Source: the human T2T-CHM13v2.0 reference genome, Homo sapiens
Assembly: GCF_009914755.1 (NCBI RefSeq)
Contig: NC_060935.1
Length of the DNA stretch: 64,000 bases
Direction: 5' to 3' (one strand)
Part shown: in pieces, positions 14,986-28,690 of the stretch
Layout: every line of letters begins with the position of its first letter
Position numbering within the stretch: position 1 is the stretch's first letter
The notes under the pieces: model-generated
The model's database searches: none
The model's input: only the letters and a program-made list of their open reading frames with translations
What the model was told of the DNA's origin: nothing
Made by a program: the position numbers and the translations under genes

Positions 14986-15967
14986 TATGTGTCTTGGTCA
15001 TTTCACCTGCTCAACCAATTGAAGGAGGAGAATCGTGGACATTAAGAAAATTCTTGTAGGTTGCTAAGTTCAATGATCTATTAGTACAGTGGCAGTGAGA
15101 GAGAAATGGAAGGGAGAAGTCTTAGGGATAAGTGTATATGTGTGTCAGGAGAAAGGCTTATGGGGGAAGGTGGATGATATTGAAGATGAGAGTCTTTGTT
15201 CAGGAACCTTATTTTGAAGTTAGTATAAAAATTAGAAATTACCCCCACTCTCAGTATCTATTCTTATCAATATAAAAACTTCTTTTAACAAGCATATATA
15301 TGTTTATTCTGTTATTAAAGACTAAGGGATAAAATTGCAAATATCTGTGAGTATGATGATAGTGAAATTCAAAATTTATAAGAAGCTAATAATACAAAAA
15401 TTTAAAATTTAGAGTTGGAAGAAAATATCTAGTTTGCCTTCCTTTGCAGGAGAATAATTTTTTTTCTGTTTCCCTATACGCTCAAGTTGGAGGTCTTCAG
15501 TAATCAAAAATCAGTACTTTCTCAATGACTCTATTTATGGTTAGTGGATGTCTATCTGATCTTATATTTTTTTGGCCTTGACTGATGTCAGATACTTTTG
15601 TAAAAATGGGGTTGGATGGAGATAACAGCACTGAGTACTGACTGCAGAGAACTGAGAAGGATTTTGAAAGTGTATCTAAGGTACTTTGCGATATTTGCAC
15701 TTTTGCCCAGGACAAGTTTGGACCAGACACCCGTGCCATTTGGAAGTGTGAATTAGGTTACTGAGCTAGAAACAGAATGGGTCAGATTAAAGAGAGAGTT
15801 TGTGCACTTCCAACCTGAAAAATGATCTTTTAATTCTACCAGTATATTTACCTAATACACTGTTTTGAGTCTGAAGAAAATAACATTTTTTTCTGATCTG
15901 TGTGTCTTTCTATGTCTTTTAAAATCTTGCAGATTTTACAAAGTTCATTTCTTTTAAAAAATTCTTC

Positions 15968-16410
<443 letters not shown>

Positions 16411-16544
16411 CTGAGTACATTTTTAATTATATCTTCATCACATGTGCAATGCTTTTGTTATTACTACATTATGACTCTTAACTTAGTCATGTATATACTC
16501 AAGCCTTGGTTGGTAAACCAACTTCATTAAACATTTACTACTAC

Positions 16545-16690
16545 ATACGAAAGCATTTTATATCCATCATCTCTCTTATTCTTCACAACAACCCAATAAG
16601 GCAGGACATATTACCCATTTTTCTTTTGAAGGAGACGAGGCACAGAGAGGTTAAGTCAGCTACTCAAGGGCCCAGAGGTAGCAACTGACG
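16545..16690 (-). mobile_element. MIR fragment
   Basis: 'cttcacaacaaccc...acccatttt...gaggcacagagaggttaagt' MIR core. Confidence 0.7.
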
Positions 16691-16763
16691 GACATTTCAG
16701 CCTATTGACAGCAATACTGATAATGTAAAAAAAAAAAAAAAAAAGTGTGTCAAATCAATGTAG

Positions 16764-17145
<382 letters not shown>

Positions 17146-17522
17146 AAGTATTTTGCTTTGAATCTACAATTTTCCTATTTGGAAAAGAATATGCCAACCC
17201 ATCAATGCATGTATTCTAATGAATATGGCTTTTTATTTCTCTTTGTAAATTTACATATTGGCATTCTACATATATCATGTAAAATAACATATGCAATTTA
17301 TATGTAAGTCTTTTGAGAACCAATATCCCTGATTTAATCTGGCTGGTTGACAACTACTAAATTTCTGCAGCAGATTAAATGGATAAATGACTTGAAAGGT
17401 TTAGAGACAACACTTTAAATATAAAGAATAATAAAATTTCGAGGTTTGTGTCACTTGTTACTTTAGTGACTCTTGAGGTTTTGCCAAGAACAGCAGTTCT
17501 GGGAAGCTGAAATGAGATGATA

Positions 17523-17613
17523 TTTCTAGGGGCTCATTATTGCTTGTATCTTCTCTCTCTCTGTCTCTGTGTGTGTGTGTGTGTGTGTTAATGAGTCATA
17601 GGGATAGTAATTA
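17523..17613. promoter_or_regulatory. Candidate OR enhancer: two oppositely oriented Ebf/Lhx2-like composite motifs around a (CT)/(TG) repeat
   Basis: TTTCTAGGGGCTCATTATT (17523-17541) and GTTAATGAGTCATAGGGAT (17587-17605), plus TAATTA at 17608. Motif similarity only. Confidence 0.4.
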
Positions 17614-18029
17614 TGAGATGTATAAGCCACTTGAAGAAGTAATTCTGGAATTACTTACATGCAATATGAAATACTCAACTTATAATAAAGGCAGTTGAAA
17701 AAAGGAAGATTGGGGCACATCAGTAACTAAAACTTATCTCAGTGCTGGGCTGATTTTCACCAATTCTATGATGTTTTTTATAGTAATACAGAAGAAAGAA
17801 ATTGAAATGACAAGCTGAAACTGATAATCAAAGTCATATATATTTTTTCCACAATTCACATGCTGAACTGTTTAATATGTGATACAATCCAAAATAATTC
17901 ACTTTTGACTAGATGATGATCATGATCTTGATATCTTCAAAGCATTTCTATGTTTAAACCAATAATCTTTTAAGGGCTTATATGCACTAGGAATAAACTT
18001 AGAATCTTAGCCTATGGTCCAAGAGATGT

Positions 18030-18430
18030 AAATATCCATACAATGGAAAACTATTTGTCGTTATAAAGGAACAAAATATTGGTACATGCAAAAACAGAGA
18101 TACCTTTTAAAAACATTATGTTTCCTGAGAGATGTCAGGTCAAAATGAACACATATTTTATAATTCCACTTAAAAGAAATGTCCCCAAATGGCAAATATA
18201 TAAAGAAAGAAAGTAGATTTGTGGGGGCCTAGTGTTGGGGATAGGAATGAGAATAACTATAATGATCGTGAGGCGTCTTTTTAGTGTGAGGGAAAAATTC
18301 TACAACTAGGCTGTGGTGATAGCTGAAAACTCCGTAAATATATATTCTTTGCAAATATGTATTTACTGAATTGTACATTTAAAATGGGTGAACTTTTATG
18401 ACATATACATTACTTCTCAATAAAGCTTTT
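18030..18430 (+). mobile_element. L1MB-type 3' end, sense
   Basis: 'ccatacaatggaaaactatt...ttgtacatttaaaatgggtgaactttt...ctcaataaagct'. Confidence 0.75.
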
Positions 18431-19164
18431 AAACACATAGAAATTATCACTAGTTAGAAAAATTTAAGATTTTATGTTGATCTAACACAAAACTAAAGAA
18501 CAAGAAAATGGGTAGGAATGAGAGACTCTGCATGTTTACTTTTTAAATTCGTATTCAAAATATTTATTCTATTTTGTTAGAATTGGGCATAAATGTTAAA
18601 TGCAGTCAGACTAAAACTCAAATCCAAGCTCTATGATTGACTTTTGGAGTCAACTTTGGCAACTGTTTTAACTATTTGAGCCCTATTTTTGTCTTTAAAA
18701 GAAAATTTAACTAATGGGGCCAATGCAAGAATAAAACAAAGGGGCCTTGGGCAGTCTGGTTTTTAAAAAAGAAAGATTCTCAGTAAGCAGTCATTACTGT
18801 TTTAAAACATGGAGGTGGCAGTCTCTTCTGTACTTTTTCTGGCATAAAGAAGCACAATAATTATAAAAATGCTGATAAACTTACTTATACAACAGTATAG
18901 TTGTAATTTCTGTGCCTTCTATATTTTCTCAAAGGGATTTTAGTCATAACATTTTTAATAAACCCATTTGCTTTTTGTTTGTTAGCCAGTAAAAATAACA
19001 TGCTCACAGATGTACTTAATCTACCCTTGTCCACTCTGATCCATCCTCTACACAGCAGTCAGCAGACTGAATTCTTAAAATATACATCCAACCAAGTTAC
19101 AGTAATTAATGTATGCTAAAATTAATGTCAGTAGCAGTCTTAAAGGAAAATAAAGAGAAAATGT

Positions 19165-19395
19165 GCATGTTCTCACTCATAAGTGAGAGTTGAACATTGA
19201 AAACACATGGACACAGAGGGGAACAACACACACCAGGGCCTGTTACGGGGTGGGGGTGAGGGGAGGGAACTTAGAGGACGGGTCAATAGGTGCAGCAAAC
19301 CACCATGGCACGTATACCTATGGAACAAACCTGCACATTCTGCACATGTATCCTGTTTTTTTTTTAAGAGGAGACTAAAAAAATAAAATGAATAA
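19165..19395 (+). mobile_element. L1PA 3' end fragment
   Basis: 'gcatgttctcactcataagtg...gtgcagcaaaccaccatggcacg...aacctgcacattctgcacatgtatcc'. Confidence 0.85.
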
Positions 19396-20361
19396 AATAT
19401 GAATTCAATCAGTTGTGGAAGTGATAATGGGGGATTATAAAGCAAATTGTAGAAAAAAACAGGTGCAGCTGTGTTTTGTTTTGTTTTTAGCATCAGATGG
19501 GATTGTTGCCTGTTTAAGTGGTTGCTTTCCTAATTTCTGGCTCTTTCTTCAAACCCAGATTCTCCAGGTAAAGGATCACTGGGCAATCTCAAACATCTGA
19601 ACTTCATGGATGGCTCGCTCCTAGAGGAAAAACAGCCCAAGAATTATTGTTAATTAAAGAGCTTTAAACTGAATATAACTAAATACCACTGTATAATTGC
19701 ATTTCAGTCTAAGAATTAATGAGGTAGATGCAGTGGGGAGAAAGAGAAGGGAAGAGAGGAACGCCTCCAGTCTAATTGCTTCCTTGGTTCCACACTTCCT
19801 TAGTGCCCATTAGGGAAGAGGGTCCCAAAGGAACTGAAGACTTTTATTCACTCTTGAGGGCTTGATTGCTGCTACTTCATTCAGGGGCCAGGGGCACTGA
19901 GATTTTCTGGCCTGGGTGGCTGAGTCTGAAAAAGAGGAACATTCGGCTTTTCTAGCCCCAGAGCCACAGATGATCCACAGCACCTAAAAGCAAAGGAAAC
20001 AGGGCTGGGTGGACGTAGGGCCTGGTTTTCAGCCCAGGACAGCCACATTTCCCTTCAGTCTGTGAGTGCCTTTTCTCTGGAGTGCTCCCCTCTCATCTTC
20101 TGATGAGTTCTACGCACTAGAGGAAGGTGGGAAGAACGTGGGAATTGGCTCTGTTTGACTTTGGGCTAAATCTGACTTAGTTGACTCCATGGTATTTTAT
20201 TGAGCTATTACCTGATTAATGAAGCTTAACCTTAGAAATTTTAGGAAATGAATAAGATGTAAAGTGATAATGGGGAATTATAAAGCTAATTCTAGGAAAA
20301 ATGATGATTATTTGCAGTCAAGTCACAGATATAATTGCTATTGGACACTAAACTCTATTAA

Positions 20362-20769
<408 letters not shown>

Positions 20770-21402
20770 TTCCTTTCTGTTTTACACCCATTAGACAATT
20801 CTCAGTTTTCAGTTACTCTAGCTGCTGATTGAGAAAGCTGCCTCCCGGATCAGTCACATGAATGGGTAATCTCAGAACTGCTACAAGTCAACTTAGAGAA
20901 ATGCTGTGGAATAAGGCACACATTAAATAATTTGATGAATAAATTTTTTAACAAAGATGGGTAGGAGCCAAAATTATATGGGTACTTTGCAGACATCAAT
21001 GCATTAATGTACACAGGAACCATAATATATTATTTTACTATTTATATATATTCAGAAAAGATTTAAAGAGTTTTTTTCAAGGTCATCTGATGTCAGAGTG
21101 GGCAGCGTGTTTAGTATGTAAACTCAGATACTTCCAGTTGTAAAGTTTATTCTACACCTTCTCTTCTATATCAACTCTAGTGTTGTCTCTTCATTTTACT
21201 TATGAGGAAACAGATGAAAAATAGATTAATAACTTACCCAAATGTCACTCAATAATTAATGACAGGATTGAACTGAGTCTTATTTAGAAGTTCTCCACTC
21301 TATATACTTATTATCAGTTTGCGATAGGCTCTATAAAGAGTTTTTTGCAGGAAAAACTCATCTCAGTGAGGCCATTGTTTGATGTTCCAGGACTAATTTG
21401 AC

Positions 21403-22342
21403 ATGAAGATAAAGAATCACACTCCAGTAACTGAGTTCCCCCTGATGGGAATCCCTCATACAAAGGGGATGGAAAATGTGCTTTTTGTCTTATTTCTGGC
21501 CTTCTACCTCTTCACCTTGCTGGGGAACCTACTCATTCTTCTGGCCGTCCTCACTTTCTCCAACCTCCACACCCCCATGTATTTCTTCCTGGGAAACCTG
21601 TCTGTGTTTGACATATTTTTCCCTTCAGTGAGTTCCCCCAAAATGATGCTCTGCTTAGTGGGACAAAGCTGCACCATCTCTTTCCAGGGTTGTGCCTCCC
21701 AGCTCTTCTTTCACCATTTCCTGGGTTGCACCGAGTGTTTCCTGTACACTGTGATGGCCTATGACCGATTTGCAGCCATCTGCCACCCTTTGCCATACAC
21801 GGTCATCATGAAACGCAGGGTGTGTGCCCTCCTGACGCTAGGCACCTGGACGGGGAGCTGTCTGCATGCATCTGTCCTCACACTCCTCATCTTTAAGTTA
21901 TCCTACTGTGGCCCCAATGAAGTGGACAATTTTTTTCTGTGATATTCCGGTGGTGCTGCCCCTGGCCTGCGCAGACACCTCTCTAGCACGGACAGTGAGT
22001 TTCATCAATGTAGGTGTTGTTGCGCTCATGTGTTTTCTTCTTATCCTCACCTCTTATGCTTGCATTGTTATCTCTATACTGAAAATCAGTTCCTCAGAAG
22101 GTAGGCGCAGAGCCTTCTCAACCTGCAGTGCCCATCTGACGTCCATCCTGCTCTTCTATGGACCAATAGTCCTCATTTATCTCCGACCTGCCTCCAGCCC
22201 TTGGCTGGACTCTGTGGTTCAGGTGTTGAATAATATTGTTATCCCTTCCCTGAATCCTTTGATATATACTTTGAGAAACAAAGGTGTAAAGCTGGCACTG
22301 AGAAAGGTGCTCATTCAAGGAGTACATAATTGTGGAAGGTAA
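21403..22342 (+). pseudogene. OR10D5P: OR10D-family pseudogene with a single +1 frameshift in a T7 run (21930-21936)
   Basis: ORF 21403-21942 (LHTPMYFFL, MAYDRFAAICHPL) and ORF 21866-22342 (FFCDIP, RAFSTCSAH, LNPLIYTLRNK) join if one T is removed: 939 nt = 312 aa + stop. Acceptor ttccag| at 21390. Symbol assigned from recalled gene order, so less certain than the OR call. Confidence 0.85.
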
Positions 22343-22806
22343 GCTTTATATCCTGGTCTGTCTTTACAGCTTTGTCTTGAATTTATCTGGGGGCAATTAG
22401 CTCCTATATTTTGTTTGATGACTGAGTACCAGGCGCTATTTACAAATACTGATACATGTAATGATTATAATAATCATATGAAGTAGATAATACTATTATC
22501 TCGATTTACGAGGGAAAATTAAGGCACTGAGAGGCTGAGATCTTTCTGCAGTGTCATGGAGTTAAAAACTTGCTGGGCGAAAATGTGACCCAAAGCGTCT
22601 TAACCATGTGCTAATGCTGCTTCTGTAGTGTCTAAATGGTAACATAAATACTTCTCTCAGGAGCTTCTTTTCGATTTACACAGAATATTCTTCAATTTGC
22701 CAGCAAATCTAGTACATTAAATTTGCTCCATTGATTTCTATAACTTTTTTTGAGTCTATATTTTGATGGATGACATATGTCTGAGTCTGATACCAAGAAA
22801 TTATCT

Positions 22807-23131
<325 letters not shown>

Positions 23132-24058
23132 TCAATTAGTACCCATATATCCAAAAAGATGTATTAGTATAGGCTGTCTCTCAGGTAAACATATTATTTC
23201 TTTATAACAACAATTTCAATTCTGTAAGAGGATTACAAGTTTGCTTTCATTAAGTCAGGGACTAAATTTGAATTCCAGAACTTATGGGCCTTCAAAAATA
23301 ATAGTCATTGTTTTCTCATGTAAATAGCTTCAAAGAAAACTAGGACACTGCAAAAAAGTAAAATAAGTAGAAATTACTCACTGATCCTACCACCAAGAGA
23401 TAACCACTGTTAATATTTTGTCATTTTTCCTACCTCTCTCATTAGTGATTAAATTGGAATTAGGGTTTCTGACTTCTTGTTTAAATTTTTTTCATTTCTA
23501 TCTATGTCATCTATATCTATATCTATATTTATATTATGTATCTATATATGTATATATTTTAGAGAGATTTATAGTTGTGATTAGCTCATATATATATTTT
23601 CTTGTTTTAATCATGTATCAAGAATTTTCAATTGCCATAATTTTTTAAATAGCTTTTTTGAGATATAATCACACACCAAATAATTTGTGAATTTGAAGTG
23701 TACAATTCAATGGTTTTTCATATATTTACATATGTACCACCTTTACCACAGTCAATCTTAGAACATTTTAATCACCACAGAAAATGTCCTATACCCTTTA
23801 ACCATTACCTCCCTGTTCCCACATCACCCTTAGTAAGCAAACACTAATCAACTTTTTATATCTATAGACTTGCTTATTCTGGACATTACATAAAAGTTGA
23901 ATCATATAATATGAACCTTCAAAGCCAGTCTTTTGTGACTGGCTTATTTAAATGAGTATAATATTTTCATGATTAATCTATGTTCTAGCATTTTTTTATG
24001 TCAAATAATATTTCACTGCATGGGTACACCACAATTTGTTTTTCCATTCATCAGTTGA

Positions 24059-24460
<402 letters not shown>

Positions 24461-27414
24461 TAGAGTAATTCTATGTTTGCTCTTTTGAGGAAACTCCAAA
24501 CTATTTTCCACAGAGGCTGCACCATTTTACATTCTAGCAAAGTAGAAGTGTTCTGTTTTTACTACATCTTGGCCAACACTTTTTAAAAATTTTATGTAGC
24601 CATTCTAGTGGCTATGATACAGTGTATCATTGTGGTTTTGATCTGAATTTTTTCAATGATGAATGAAATTGAGCATCATTTCACATGTTTGTTGGCCATC
24701 TGTATGTCCTCTTCAGAAAATAAAATGTCTATTCAAGTAATTTGTCAATTTTCTAATTGGTTTGTTTGCCTTTTTGTTGTTGAATTGTAATGATTCTTTA
24801 TATATTCTCAGATGCCAGATCCTTTTCAGACATATAATTTGCAAGTCTTTTCTCTCATGCTGTGAATGGTCTTTTTACCTTCTTGATAGTACCCTTTATG
24901 CATAAAAGCTTTAAATTTCAGTGGTGTCCAGTTTATCTTTCTTTTGTTATTTGTGCTTTTGGTGTCATATCTAAGAAATCATTGCCAAGTCTAAGGTCAT
25001 GATGCCCATGTTTTCTTTTAAGAGTTTTATAGTTTAGTTCTTACATTTAGTTTTATGATTCTTTTTGAGTTAGTTTTTATAAATGGTGTGAGTTAAGGGT
25101 TCAAATTCATTCTCTTACCTGCGAATATCTAGTTGTACCAGGACCATTTGCTGAAAGACTTCTTTCCTATTGAATGGTCTTGGCTCCGTTGTTGAAAATC
25201 AATTTACCATAGATACATGTCTTGATTTTGTTCTATACTCTCAGTTCTTTTCCATTGACATATATTTCTATACTTATGCTGCTGTCACAGTCTTGATTAC
25301 CATGGTTTTTAGTAAGTTTTGAAATTGGAAAGTGTAATTACTCCTACTTTCTACTTCTTTCAGGATTGTTTTGACAGATTTTTGGAATTCCATATGAACT
25401 TTAGAATCAGCTTATCAACTACAGAAAAGATAACTGGATTCTGATACGGATTGCATTGAATCTGTAAATTCGTGTTGTTTCAACAATATTTATTCTTCTA
25501 ACCTATGAGCATGGGATCTTTTTCCATTCATCCAGATCTTCTTTAATTCTTTTTAGTTTAATAGTTTCCAAGGTGCAAGGATTTTACTTCCTTGTTTAAA
25601 TGTATTCCTAGGTATTTATTCCTTTGGTGCTACTGTAAATGGAATTGTGTTCTTAATTTCCATTTAAGATTTTTAATAGCCAATATATAGAAATTCAATC
25701 AACTGATTTTTGCATATAGATCTTGTATCCTGTTTTGCTGAAGTCCTTTATTCTAGTATTTTTTTGTGGATTCCTTAGGATTATCTGTATGCACAGTTAT
25801 GTCATCTGCAAGTAGAGATAATTTTATGTTTTCCTTTTCTTTTCTCTAGGGATATCCTTAGGTTTTTAAAATTCTCTTTCTTGCCTAATTGCTTTGGCTT
25901 AAAATTCCAGTACAATGTTTAATAGAAGTGCTAAAAGCAAGTATCTTTGTCTTGTTCTTCACTTAGAGGCAGAGAATCTAGTCTTTCACCATTATATATG
26001 ATGTTTGCTGTGTGAATTTTTCATAGATGCCATTGATCATGTTGAAGAAGTTTCCTTCTACTCCTAGTTTGTTGAATGCTTTTTCATCATGAAAGTGTAT
26101 TGATTTTGTCAAATGATTTTTCTGTCTATTGAAATTATCATGTGGTTTGGTGGGGGGTTTTGATGTTGTTGTTTGATATAGTGTATTACATTAGTTGATT
26201 TTTGAATGTCAATCCAAACTTGCATACCTGGGATAAATCTTCACTTTGTCATGGTATATAATTCTTTTTATATATTGATGGATTTAGTGTGGGAAGATTT
26301 TGTTGGGGGTTGTTGTATTCATATTCATAAGAGATATTGACTTCTCTTTTTTTCCTTTGATTTGATATTTTTGGTATCAGGGTTATCCTGCTTTTGAAAA
26401 ATGTGTTGAGAAAAGTTTTTCCCTCTTCTGTTTTTTTTGGAAGAGTTTGTGAAGAATTGGTGTAAATTCTTTCTAAAATAGTTTGTAGAATTTAGTAGTG
26501 AAGCCATGTGGTCCCGAGTTTTTATTTGTGGGTATATTTTTGATTATTGATTTAATATCTTTACTTTTTATAGCTCTATTCAGATTGTCTCTTTTTTCAT
26601 GAGTCAGTTTGGGTAGGTTGTGTCTTTTTAAGAACTTTTCCATTTTATCTAAGTTATCTAGTCTATTGATACAGTTACTCTTACTATTCCTTTAGTGTCT
26701 TTTTTATTTCTGTAAGGTTGGTAGTAATGTCTCCTTTTCCATTTCTGATTCTAATAACTTGATTCTTCTTTTTAAATTGGTCAACCTAGCTAAAGTCTTG
26801 TAAGTTTTGTTGATCCTTTTAAATAATCAACTTTTAGTTTTATTGATTTTCTCTATGTTTAAAAATTCTCTTTTATTAATTTCTGCTCTAACCTTTATTA
26901 GTTTCTTCATTTAGCTTGCTGTTAATATAGTTTGCTCCTTTTTCATTTCTTTGAGCTGGAAAATTAAGTTATTGATTTCAGATCTTTCTTCATATGATAG
27001 GCATTCAAAATACGAACTTCCTTCAAAGTACCACATTAGCAGCATCACATAAATTTTGTCTGTTGTGTGTTTTTTTCTAATTTAACTCCTTATTGTTTGA
27101 TTTTCACATATTTCTTAATTTTCCAAGTTTCCTTTTACTATCAGTTCCTAATTTTATTTCATTCTGTTTGAGGAACATAGTTTGTATGATCACAATCCTT
27201 TTAAACTTATTAAGATTTGTTTTATGGACTTGCATATGGTCTATCCCTGAGAGCATTCCATGTAAACTTGAGAAGGCTCTGTATTCTATGTTGTTGGGTT
27301 GAGTTTTTATAGATTTTTTTATGTCTAGTTGACTTATAATGTTGTTCAAGTCTTTTATTTCCTTGATCTTCTGTATTGTCATTTTGTTCATTATTAAAAA
27401 TAGGCTATTATTGA

Positions 27415-27712
<298 letters not shown>

Positions 27713-28474
27713 TGAATTGTCTTTTTTACACCTTCATTTCTGTCAATTTTTGCTTCATATATTTTGGTAGTTCTGTCATTCGGTGCATATGATTATAATT
27801 TTATATCTTCTTGACAGAGGCACCTTTTTAATCATTAAAAAGTATCTGTGTTTAGCTCTAGTAATTTTTTTTGTTTTAAAGTCTATTTTGTCTATTAGTA
27901 TAGCCACTTTAGATTTCCTGTGGTTGCTGTTTACATTATATATTTTTCTATGCTTTTACTTTGATTATGTTTGTATCTTTGAGTCTAAAGTGTGTCTCCT
28001 GTAAGCAATATGTAGTTGAATCATGATTTTTTGTCCAGTCTGACAATCTCTGACTCTTGATTGAATTGTCAATTCACTTACATTTAATGTTAATATTAAT
28101 ATAGTTGGATTTACACTTACCACTTTACTTTTTGTTTTCTTTATGCCTCATTTTATATCTTTTTTTCCTCTATTTCTCCTTTACTTTTTTTCTTTACATT
28201 AACTTCAAATGTAGCATTTTAATTTCTTTAATGATTTTTATGGTATTGTTTGAGTCATTATCTCAAGGGCCTCCCATCTTACATCATAACTTATCACAAT
28301 TAGCTTCAGATTTATAATAAGTTAACCCCAGAGCAATACAAAAACATCACTTCTATCTAATGCTATTCTTTTTTCCTCTTTTGTGCTATTACTCTTATAC
28401 ATATTACATACATGGATATTATAATTCAACAATGCATTGCTATAATTATTATTTTATATAATTTCATGTCTTTT

Positions 28475-28690
28475 TTATAGTATAATGCCTGTATCATGGC
28501 TGACTTTTATGGAGGAGAGTTTTTTTTTCTTCAACTTTTATTTTACATTCTGGGGTACATGTGCAGGATATGCAAGTTTGTTATGTAGGTAAATGTATGC
28601 CATGATGGTTTGCTGCACAGATCAATTCATCACCCAGGTATTAAGCCCACCATCCATTAACTATTCTTCGTGATGCTCTCTCACCCCACC
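28475..28690 (-). mobile_element. Short 5'-truncated L1PA insertion with an extra 3' tag
   Basis: L1PA 3' end (ggggtacatgtgcagg...ggtttgctgcac...cccaggtattaagccc) flanked by the 15-bp direct repeat AATTTCATGTCTTTT (28460-28474 / 28691-28705). Confidence 0.8.
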
